NCBI GenBank assembly: GCA_040954595.2
Contig: CM082584.2
Location: 4,282,110 to 4,346,109 of the forward strand
Reading direction: 5' to 3'
Length of the DNA stretch: 64,000 nucleotides
DNA from: Balanoglossus misakiensis
Lineage: Eukaryota; Animalia; Hemichordata
Within the stretch, counting starts at the first letter, position 1. Each line of letters begins with the position of its first letter. Below the pieces are notes generated by a model that did not search any database, had not been told where the DNA came from, and saw nothing but the letters and a program-made list of their open reading frames with translations. Made by a program: the position numbers and the translations under genes. Positions 35,716 to 46,561 of this stretch are shown piece after piece.

Positions 35716-38700
35716 GAAATACCGTTGGTGATATGGGACATACGATATTCTCTCAGAGTTTCTTTGGCAGTAGAGAGCATGGTGGTATGCTTTACATCAG
35801 GCCGACGTTTCAGTGTGTACGCAAGCTCCTTCTGCCGGAACCACCTTATCTTTTTGGCGTTTTACTTCAGAAGTGGGAGACTCCATGGGCCATAGTCTTT
35901 CCCGTCCGATTGATGTTGAGACTTGGTGCTGAATACAGATGTGAGTAGTTTTGTGTTTCTGGGTACATGTACACTACAGGGCTCGAAATTAGCATTGTAC
36001 CGTGGCCGAAATCGACACACGGTGTAGGTTTCAAACCTACACTGTCCCTTTGCTACAAAATGCGCGCGTACGGTGTAGGTTTCAAACCTACACTGCCCTT
36101 TGCTAGAAAATGCGCGCGTACGGTGTAGGTTTCAAACCTACACTGCCCTTTGCTAGAAAATGCGCGCGTACGGTGTAGGTTTCAAACCTACACTGCCCTT
36201 TGCTAGAAAATGCGCGCGTACGGTGTAGGTTTCAAACCTACACTGTCCCTTTGCTAGAAAATGCGCGCGTACGGTGTAGGTTTCAAACCTACACTGCCCT
36301 TTGCTAGAAAATGCGCGTGTACGGTGTAGGTTTCAAACCTACACTGCCCTTTGCTAGAAAATGCGCGTGTACGGTGTAGGTTTCAAACCTACACTGCCCT
36401 TTGCTAGAAAATGCGCGCGTACGGTGTAGGTTTCAAACCTACACTGCCCTTTGCTAGAAAATGCGTGCGTACGGTGTAGGTTTCAAACCTACACTGTCCC
36501 TTTGGTGAAACGAAAAAAGCAAGTGTAGGTTTCAAGTAGTGTCCACAATGTTGTGATCAATTTACATGAGAACCTTTTAATTTCTGCACAGGTGGTTCCA
36601 ACTGTCTACAGAGATTACCCTGCAATACAGATGAATTGGAAGATCATGCAAGTGTACCTAATTATGTGGGAGATTGTCAAATTACTGACTATTTGAATAC
36701 CATCATGACTGAAGAACTTTTTCTGCCACCTAAAAGCCCTGCAGAAGCTAAAAGGTTGTATAGGACATTATTGGATATTCTGTTGAACTAAGTGCAACTT
36801 TTGACAATGTACAGTACTGCTGAACATGTATTATGTTTGACTGGCTTACTAATTGAGCATCTTTGAAAGGCATCATTTTTCTGACCATTCATTTCAAAAT
36901 TCGACCTACATTTTTTGCGACTGATAGATTGTAATTTTGGGCAAGAACCTGACTAAAATGGCAGCCTGAACATGAACTTCGCAGGCGAGTGTATTTAAAG
37001 ATATTTTGCCAGCTTTCCATACATAATTTCAGGCATGGAAATTCCTGGCGACTGTGACACAACAGATCTTTGTAAATCTGTACACAGACAGAATGCAGAG
37101 GGTGTTCTTGTATCTGAACTTTATGGAAAATATAATGTAAATATCTGTTGTATTATATAGTTATAGTCATGATGAGTTTATTCATTTGCATTTTGAGTAA
37201 TAAGTGTAAGAATACAGACACATGAAATTTACTGGTACAATGTTCAGAAACACAATTTAGTAATGCACTTAGAACCATTAACTTTGACTACTATAATTTA
37301 TTGAATACACTTCATCTTTTGCTAATTAAATTCTACAACACAACTACAGTGTATGTGACTGTTTATTTCTATTTCTATTTATGCGAGGGACAAAAAATAA
37401 GTTTACTCAAGAAAGAAGTTCAGCTTAACAAACTTTTATGTCATGTTTGGTTTTACATTCAAACAAGCCTTGAGGAAGGCATATAGTTTCTAGATATAGA
37501 ATAAATTGTCAATAGTAGCAATGTTGGAATGTATCACAATGAAAATTGACATGCAAACATAAATGTCATAGGCACTGAACTAAGTAATATCAACTTTAAT
37601 GACTGAGTGATGGATTTGGACATGGAGAATTTATCAATATACGCCTTGCATAAGGTATAGTCCCTGTAGTTACTAGTACCGGTAGTTACTCGAGGCTCAA
37701 CCTGTTTTTTTTTGTGTTTTTTTCTCTTCATTTCATAGCTTAAGTGGGATATCATTATCAAACTAGTCTTGGTAGCTGCAGTTCAATGAATGTAAACAGC
37801 TGGACTACCACTTGAATTATTTTGTAGGCCAAATAGACTTTTGAGTAAGTAGTCTGTTGATACGGGACTACTTGCAATTTTGAGCCCTACGTGTACATGA
37901 ACACAAGTCGTTGAAGATGTAATGTGATATAATGTTAGCGAATAAGTCCTGTAGCATAGAGTGTGGAAAATGGATTAACCTGTTTACTTTGCCATGGACA
38001 TTATTCAAATTTATAACATGTAAACAGTTGTCAAATCACAGCCAATCATAATGCATCTTTTCCAGTCTTGTTCATCGAAAAAGTACAGTCCATCTTGGAA
38101 ACTTGTCATCATCACAGTCAATTAACCAATCAAATACCTTCGAATATGTACATGTACCCAGTCCATAAGAAGCAACATGCACTTTGAATGGTTTGTTTCC
38201 TAGGATGTACATTGTTAATACTTTAACAAAGGTGGTTATAGAAGTTACAAGACAGTAGAACAGTTGAAATTACAATCATCATCTAAAAGTCTTTTTTCTT
38301 TACAAATGTTAACAAGTTCACTGACATACATGTAGTTCAAGTAACAGTTATGATCAAGTCTGAGCCATCTTACACTTGGCCAAAGCCTGCACTGTTAAGA
38401 ATGCCAAATTCCATAATCTCTTTGAACTTTATGTAGGATTTTACAACAGGTATTCTTAGTATGTTTCCACATGTATTTGCAATTGGAAATAGCTTTTCAT
38501 CAGCTTGAGCCCTACGAAAATCCAAAGTGGGGGATGGCCTAAATCCAAGTGGAGGTTCCTTGTCCAATCCAGTGGCAAATACTACTATGTCCTTCAATGT
38601 CACATCTGCCTCGCCCTCTATACAAATGGAAAAATAGGGAAATACAGGTGCACTAATTAATATCAGCTTTTTTGAAAGTCATTGGTATACTTTCACACGC

Positions 38701-38744
38701 AATTTAAAGTATAATAACTATGACTTAATGAGTGATTGGATCTG

Positions 38745-38791
<47 letters not shown>

Positions 38792-38835
38792 ATGTATGTA
38801 TGTATGTATGTATGTATGTGTGTATGTATGTATGC

Positions 38836-38868
<33 letters not shown>

Positions 38869-41423
38869 TGTATGTATGTATGTATGTATGTATGTATGTA
38901 TGTATGTATGTACCGGTATGAATGTATTATATTAATTATGTCGAGGTTTGCATATATTGAAAATTCGGGCTACAGTCAATCTAGTGATTTTAGTGGATCG
39001 AGGCTTTCAACAGTTACAAGCAACCGAACACATACTGTTCCTTTACAAGTAAGTACCGTGGACCTCGACACAAAACAAAAACAAAAACAAAAACAAACCA
39101 ACAAACAAACAAATAACAAGACAATGTCTACATATAACACGCGAAAACATCAAATATCTTTATAATCACTCACCTCCTTACCCAGGCGAGACTCCGTTTA
39201 CCTGCGGCTGTTCGTTTGTTCGCAAAAACTCATACTCCAGTACTGTACTTCCGGTGGACACTACTTGAAACCTACACTTGCTTTTTTCGTTTCACCAAAG
39301 GGACAGTGTAGGTTTGAAACCTACACCGTACGCGCGCATTTTCTAGCAAAGGGCAGTGTAGGTTTGAAACCTACACCGTACGCGCGCATTTTCTAGCAAA
39401 GGGCAGTGTAGGTTTGAAACCTACACCGTACGCGCGCATTTTCTAGCAAAGGGCAGTGTAGGTTTGAAACCTACACCGTACGCGCGCATTTTGTAGCAAA
39501 GGGCAGTGTAGGTTTGAAACCTACACCGTACGCGCGCATTTTCTAGCAAAGGGCAGTGTAGGTTTGAAACCTACACCGTACGCGCGCATTTTCTAGCAAA
39601 GGGCAGTGTAGGTTTGAAACCTACACCGTACGCGCGCATTTTCTAGCAAAGGGCAGTGTAGGTTTGAAACCTACACCGTACGCGCGCATTTTGTAGCAAA
39701 GGGCAGTGTAGGTTTGAAACCTACACCGTACGCGCGCATTTTGTAGCAAAGGGCAGTGTAGGTTTGAAACCTACACCGTACGCGCGCATTTTCTAGCAAA
39801 GGGCAGTGTAGGTTTGAAACCTACACCGTACGCGCGCATTTTGTAGCAAAGGGACAGTGTAGGTTTGAAACCTACACCGTACGCGCGCATTTTGTAGCAA
39901 AGGGACAGTGTAGGTTTGAAACCTACACCGTACGCGCGCATTTTGTAGCAAAGGGCAGTGTAGGTTTGAAACCTACACCGTACGCGCGCATTTTGTAGCA
40001 AAGGGACAGTGTAGGTTTGAAACCTACACCGTACGCGCGCATTTTCTAGCAAAGGGCAGTGTAGGTTTGAAACCTACACCGTACGCGCGCATTTTGTAGC
40101 AAAGGGACAGTGTAGGTTTGAAACCTACACCGTACGCGCGCATTTTCTAGCAAAGGGCAGTGTAGGTTTGAAACCTACACCGTACGCGCGCATTTTCTAG
40201 CAAAGGGCAGTGTAGGTTTGAAACCTACACCGTACGCGCGCATTTTCTAGCAAAGGGCAGTGTAGGTTTGAAACCTACACAGTGTGTCGATTTCGGCCAC
40301 GGTAGCATTGTCACATGCCAACTGACTACCAATTGCTCCTTACTGCCTACTCACTTAAAGGGACAAAGTCTCTCTCTCGCTGCCCTTTTTTCCATTAATT
40401 ATATTTGATAAGAGACAACGTTTGTTATACTACATGTGGATATATAGTGAATGAACGTTCAACCACACACAACTTCCATCCCTCTTATAGACAGGAGAGT
40501 GAAAAAACTCGCCAAAATGAATAATCGTTCTTTACCATTTATTCATTTTGGGCGAGTTTTTACTCTCATATCATACAAGTGGGATGGAAGTTTTGTGTGG
40601 TCGAACATTGATTCACTATATATCTACATGTAGAATAACATTAATAGTGTCTTGTATCAAACATAATTAATAGAGAATAGGCAGCGAGAGAGAGACTTTG
40701 TCCCTTTAACAAGATGGTAGTCACCACTGACTACCAGTATAGGAGCTGTGCTATTGAATAGGCAGAAAATTGCACTCACATGTGTCAACAACTTATAAAT
40801 CTAATGCCATGAATAGACACTGAAACATCAACTTAATATCCACACACAAAAAAATGTTTTGATTCATCTTATACATGAGATGGTCATATAGTATAGCGCC
40901 CTCTGTGGTAGTGTTTGGATGACGCCTAGGGATGGAAGGGTCATACGCAGTGGGAATAGTGAATTAATCTATAGTATAGTAGAAAACCAGCCGCAAATGT
41001 CTTGTGCAGTCTCATACATATACAGGTTAGGACAGTACCACACTTGACATTTCAAAATGTTTTACGGAGTACATCATAAACATTGTAGTACTTTGTATGA
41101 AAAGAATGAAATATCAAGATGTAAATGCTACTTTACACTTACAGAGACATTTTTACCTAATAGAATAAACCAGATCTGTGTATGAATATGATTTCTCTTC
41201 TCTTTTGCAGACTATCCATGTCCCCTGATGAGCGTTCGGTTCAGAAAGCCTGTCTATGGTGAGATTGGTCACACCATTATGCAGTTACTTGCTGTAAGTA
41301 ACATTTTGCCCTCGCACAATGTGTAATTTCTTTGTGTGTAGCATGGATACCCCTCTGTGTGTATACACTGCTGCCAGTAAAGTGGTGTAGTACCAAAACC
41401 AGTGGAGTTTATGGGACAGTTGG

Positions 41424-41458
<35 letters not shown>

Positions 41459-44400
41459 ATGTATGTATGTATGTATGTATGTATGTATGTATGTATGTAT
41501 GTGTGTGTGTATGTGTGTATGTATGTATGTATGTATGTATGTATGTATGTATGTATGTATGTATGTATGTATGTATGTATGTATGTATGTATGTATGTAT
41601 GTGTGTATAAAGTAGGGTAGAAGGATCGATGAACGAAAGGCGGTAAAATCTCTACAACGCTGTTTCGTGAGTCACTAGACTCACTCATCAGGAGACTAAA
41701 CTTGCGAAAATGCAAGGGGGAAGACATGTTTATATGCAGGTACACAGGTGGTGGAATGTTGGTTGGGATGGGCCGTTTTGCATAACAATGTGTATAGCTG
41801 GTGATATGCATGTGTTGTGTGGGGAGTTTCTAGATTTAGTTGTTGCGTAACAATGCTTTGTGTCTGTGTCGATATGAGGACACAAGTTCGTTTCTTTTAT
41901 TGAGTGTTGAAATTTCTGGGTTGCGGATGATAATAAATTTCTCTGGCAGAGGTTGCACCGTTTGGTTGCGCTGTTGTATGGCTTGGCTTTGGCTAAAATT
42001 TTCCATGAAATGCTGTGGGCGATATAGTTGTCCTTCAGAGTCCAAATATGTTTGCTAAGTTCAGTGGAGTTCATGGAGCGTGCGAGTCGGAAAGATGAAG
42101 TGTGGTTTCTGTATCTTGTTTTGAAGTCGTTCTCGGTTAGTCCGACGTATGTATCCGAGGTGTTGTTGTCTGTGCGCGTAACTGTGGCCTGGTAGATGAC
42201 GGAGTTTTGGAGGCAGTTACCGTCGAGCGGGCATTTGTCCTTTTGTCGGCAGTTGCAAGTCTTGGTGTTGTCGGTCTCGTCTGTGTTGTTGTCGTGCGAT
42301 TTCAAGATGCGTTTGTTGTGGTTGTCGATGATCTGCTTCGTGTTGTTCATGCAGCTGTAGCTATAAATTTTCATCGTGTTCCTGTTGAATATTTTCCTGA
42401 GTTTGTTGTCTTGCGGGAAACATTTGTCTATGAGGAGGAGGAATTTCTGTCCGATGTTGGTGCTGAGCATTATTATCTCCAACGCTAGTACACTGATCCA
42501 CCTTTTATGTTGTCTGTAAAAATGAATACAAATAAATGTGTTTTCAACGCAAAATATAAATATGTCATTATGAGAGAAGATTGCATAGTTACATTCATGG
42601 CTAACTTCCATATATTTGTTTTTATGTTTGTACAGGATTTTAAGAACTACCAGTATATGCTGCCACAAATCAAGGGAGTGTTCATCCACATGGAAGACAG
42701 ACAGACGTCCATCAATTTCCCAAAGAATAGATATGATGATGTACGTACATGTCTTTCATGAGAGTTTTAACTATTGTTTTTTCAAACATGATAGAGAATC
42801 TGTTTTGAAGTCGAAGTTTCAACATGTAAGTTATGAATCCTGTCTATTAGTGATACCAAAATTAGTCAATAGCTCTTGTCTCTGGAAATTTGCTTGCAAA
42901 TGTTTTCTGGTTCATTTCTCTAGAAATTTATCCTACCATTATTTAATTTCCCCATTCAGCATTTTGCTGTACTACTATTTGCAACTACATGTATTTCATT
43001 GCATTTTGCCTTACTGAATTGTGACTATCAATGCAACCACCTGATGACCCTCCCCCCCTCCCCCATCATAAAATACTCAAAGCATACCATTACCACATTT
43101 TAATGTCTCAGATTCACTCTGCATACTTCCAAAAATACATAGAGAGAATTAATAAGTGAACTTTTCATTTTCTTGTTCCTTTACACAGATAATGAAAGTT
43201 TTAAACAACTCCAATGAGCACGTCATGGCTCTAGGTTCCCACTTCAGCACCAATGCGGACTCGCATCTTGTCTGTATTCAGAATGATGATGGACATTATC
43301 AAACACAAGCCATCAACATACAAAATAAACCCAGAAAAGGTATGTACAAGTAATGAAGAAATAAAGCACATAGCACTGACCATGCAGAAAAAAAAATATT
43401 TATTTAATATAGAGAACTCCCAAATTCAGTATGGCGTAGTGCCAATGCAGTGTGCCCTCTGAGACAATTGACAAGCATTTCAATAGCAACAAAGGTTTTA
43501 CACCACGGAATTTACACAACAGAGTTTGTTTTTACATATACTGTAAAACGGGTTATTTTCAAAAGAGGCAACTGTTGCGCAAGGATTAATTTTCGCGTTG
43601 TCTTATTTCACTTACTGCATCGTTATCTCTGAAAATTTTTTATGCAACTTTTTATTTTCACGTTTTTTTTGGCTCATGTATTTCGCGAAAATTTATTGCT
43701 TACGAAAATAACCCGTTTTACAGTAAATCCTGTGCATTCAATGCAAAATGTAACATTCAGTACACCTATTTGACCAGCATCCCCCTGAGAATGCATCATC
43801 TCAGAAAATAATGCACATTGACCATCCCACCAGTGTTGCAGCCACCAAGTCGCTCTCAGAATGTCACTCTCTCAACAGCGGTCTTGGAAACTTCCATGCT
43901 TGACCTCTACTCATTTTGACCTCTGGACTTTTTTGATTGCAGTGACCGGTGCAAGTTTTGTGGTTTTCAATGGTGCACTGAAGAGCAGCTCAGGACTGAT
44001 GGCCAAATCCAGCATAGTGGAGGATGGCCTTATGGTTCAGATCCCAGCAGATACAATGAAAGCATTGAGACATGCGCTGAGGGAAATGAAAGATTTCACC
44101 ATTCATTGTGGAGCTATCGGTGTGGAACATCCTGAGGAATCTGTCATTGTCAGGTGGACGGAAGACGACACTAAAATTAATGTTGGGTGAGTAAGATCTG
44201 TTTAACCCTAATGCTACTGGGTGTCATACCTGTTTAGAGTGTCAAGTCCCTTAAAATACGTATTTGCCACTTTTTCTTCTAAAACGTTTTTGACTGTCTT
44301 GGCATGGCTCTCATACGTACTTAGACGCACTTGGCAGTCTGAGCCCCCTGTAAAATGTACCAAATCGCACTTGTTTGCACTGTATTGGTCTGAGGGTCTT

Positions 44401-45426
44401 GTATAGGCCCTACTGAATAACACGTACTTGGCAGTCTAACAGGCCTGGGAGCCAGGATTCTAGGCACCCTGGAAATCAAACCAGTTTCAACTGACTTGCT
44501 AGCGTTAGGGTTAAAATACTGTAAATATTTCAGTTTTTGAAGCAAACTAGTTGCTTCAGAAGTGTGTTCTTGGAATTTTTCATTTGTTTTTCATGGCTCC
44601 AATGCATATTTTCTGTAAATGAGTGTGTGTTATTGTGCATCTTAAATCTGAATTTGATTGTTCTTTTTGTGTTTGCAGAGTTGTCAGTCCTATTGATGGG
44701 AAATCCATGGAGGGAATTGCCAGCTTGCGGATTCAGAATAGTACAGATTACATGGGGGAGAATCGAGCAATTCGCTGGACTGAAGTCTTCTTCTTACACA
44801 ATGAGGAAAGTGTTGGCCAGCGATGTGACACAGTCGATTTAAGCCGGTTGGCTGAGACATTGGCTCAAGGATGCTGTATGGCACTGTGTCCCCACTTGGA
44901 TGGATTGAAGGAGAGTCATATGTCCAAAATTGGGCTGAGAGTTACTATCGGTGCTGACAGGGTAAGTCCACTGTTCACAAATAGAGTAAAACCTGTCCAA
45001 ACCAAACCCTGTCTAATCAGGAACAGAACACATTTTGCTGTCCTTTGAAATAGAACCACATTTTAAACGAATATCTATAAACCGAACACCGGAACTAACA
45101 AAATCTATGATTGATTTGTATGGAAGTTTAAGAAAAACATGTGTTACGTCAGTTACATTGTACAGCTTTCCAATTTTCAACTTTTCATTTGACCTTGTCG
45201 GCAATTTTAAGAAGAAAACATTTTTAACATGACCAAATGACAATTAATATTTTGAAACATTTTTCTCCCATAGGTCGGTTATGAAATTGGATCCAATGGA
45301 ACCATCCTACCAGACAAATTTATGTCGGAATTGGATAACCATTTAATACCTGTGATTACCAGCGCTGTCAGCCAACAAGATGATGGACCAATTACAATGG
45401 AACTTGTATTCTATATCTTAGAGTAA
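35716..45426 (+). CDS. ZFYVE9: ZFYVE9/ZFYVE16 (SARA/endofin) family protein, seven 3' coding exons: 35716-35940, 41211-41293, 42636-42740, 43189-43339, 43943-44186, 44679-44961, 45274-45426
   Basis: Phase-consistent GT-AG exons encode the conserved SARA C-terminal region ([102 protein letters not shown]). Confidence 0.92.
36020..36535 (+). repeat. Left subterminal 50-51 bp tandem array
   Basis: Unit CGGTGTAGGTTTCAAACCTACACTGCCCTTTGCTAGAAAATGCGCGCGTA with internal palindrome GTGTAGGTTT-C-AAACCTACAC. Confidence 0.92.
36592..36791 (+). pseudogene. Orphan last exon, probably the C-terminus of the element's transposase
   Basis: Acceptor tttctgcacag; frame ...[28 protein letters not shown] resembles the P...EA..LY..L tail of integrase-core transposases (recalled pattern). 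Confidence 0.45.
38370..38617 (-). pseudogene. Orphan last exon of a HECT E3 ligase (G2E3-like C-lobe)
   Basis: [14 protein letters not shown]...[14 protein letters not shown]...GFGQV* includes the catalytic Cys motif; acceptor tttgtatag. Confidence 0.82.
38747..38911. repeat. (TG)n/(TATG)n microsatellite
   Basis: Direct observation. Confidence 0.95.
39263..40281 (-). repeat. Right subterminal 50-51 bp tandem array (inverse of 36020-36535)
   Basis: About 20 units, reverse complement of the left array. Confidence 0.92.
40359..40705. mobile_element. Kolobok-type MITE
   Basis: TTAA TSD; TIR AGGGACAAAGTCTCTCTCTCGCTGCC; palindromic body. Confidence 0.82.
41425..41607. repeat. (GTCT)n/(GTAT)n microsatellite at the 3' end of the Penelope fragment
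   Basis: Direct observation. Confidence 0.93.
41608..42470 (-). mobile_element. 5'-truncated Penelope-like element (GIY-YIG endonuclease region)
   Basis: [32 protein letters not shown]...[21 protein letters not shown]; frameshifted near the 3' end. Confidence 0.85.
41649..41695 (-). ncRNA. Minimal type I hammerhead ribozyme
   Basis: Minus strand UCUC CUGAUGA GUGAGUC UAGU GACUCAC GAAA CAGCGUUG UA GAGA: stem I, conserved core, 7 bp stem II, short stem III, GUA cleavage triplet. Confidence 0.82.
43541..43723. mobile_element. TA-flanked MITE
   Basis: TIR CTGTAAAACGGGTTATTTTC / GAAAATAACCCGTTTTACAG with TA on both sides. Confidence 0.8.
44206..44510. mobile_element. piggyBac-type MITE
   Basis: TTAA|CCCTAATGCTA ... 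TAGCGTTAGGG|TTAA. Confidence 0.7.
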
Positions 45427-46288
45427 AACTAGAGATCAGCTGTTTCTTGATATTTACTGAATATTTGTTGTTTGTGAGTGGAGAAACTCATGGAATCTGA
45501 ATGTTTTTAATGAAATTACATCTTCAAGTATGTAAAAAGCATAAAATACATGCCGGATAATTTTTTTTTTAAATTTAAGTCTGTGGAGGAAAAAAATGAT
45601 GTTAAGAAATATGCAAATATATCAAAGTTTTCTAATAATATATCCATTCTCAAGAACATGTACATTGTGAAAAAATAAGATTAATTATTACAAATATTTT
45701 CCAAAAGCAGTAACTATTTTTACATTATTCCTAGATACTGATATGAAATGTTGGACGAACAGATCTTGTATTGTGTAGGCAGTGGATAGGTTTTCGCTTG
45801 TTTCATGATGACTCAGTAACTAATTATGTCTGTTGATGTACTGAAGCAGGTTCTGAGAGTCGTTTATGTTTATACAGGAAAAGAAGTAATATCAGCAAAA
45901 TATGTTCCATATATGCAGTGTATACAATAGTGCCCGGTATTGTGTAGTAGCAATTTTTCTTGTCTATATTAATATTATGTTATGAACTTTTTTTCATAAG
46001 CAATGGTTATTTACAAATTTGTGTATTATGCCTAAACATTAAACCATGTTCTGTGCCCTGATTCATGTCCATGTTTTGAACACCTAACTTCTCTATATGA
46101 CTTCAGTTATTTTGTTTTTAATTTGTTTTAACATTTCATAAGATCCTGTTGTTCCATCATGGGCTGATCGAGTGATTGTTTTCACCTGGAAGGCCAATTG
46201 GCTTTGTGCTGGTATTCGATTGACATTTAGACAAGTACAGACCTTTTTCAACAAAAATTTCACAGTCAGTGACCGACCACTCCCTTAA

Positions 46289-46561
46289 AGCGCGTAGCTC
46301 GTCTCACACGCATGTTCCAGCTGTAACTGCTGGTTACAGACGTTAAGTGAACAGTTAATCACACAAGATGGCGGCGACCATAATCTGTGTTGGAGATCGG
46401 GAAAAGACACTAGTTTGAGTGAAAGGAGGGACAAAACCAGAATCTACTTATACGGTGCGCATGAAATATGGAAGGAAGCGAAGGCAGTCCACTATTTGAA
46501 TGCATCGAATGCAAAATTTGCTGGGAAGTTACGCACATGCGCGTGAGACGAGCTACGCACT
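46289..46561. mobile_element. Kolobok-type MITE downstream of the ZFYVE9 stop
   Basis: TTAA TSD; TIR AG(C/T)GCGTAGCTCGTCTCAC(A/G)CGCATG. Confidence 0.75.

Larger units (their letters stand above)
35998..40304. mobile_element. Internally deleted DNA transposon, IS3EU-like, in a ZFYVE9 intron
   Basis: TIR TACCGTGGCCGAAATCGACACAC / GTGTGTCGATTTCGGCCACGGTA, 6 bp TSD GCATTG (an 8 bp AGCATTGT reading is also possible); inverted subterminal arrays; convergent gene remnants. Confidence 0.7.

Noticed and set aside
36020-40281. CRISPR-like arrays of palindromic repeats
   Set aside because: The 'spacers' are invariant, there are no cas genes, the context is eukaryotic, and the arrays are mirror-image subterminal repeats of a TIR transposon
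38728-41811. MYVC/YIHT-repeat ORFs
   Set aside because: Microsatellite translations; the same applies to the YCIVL ORFs at 56204-56645
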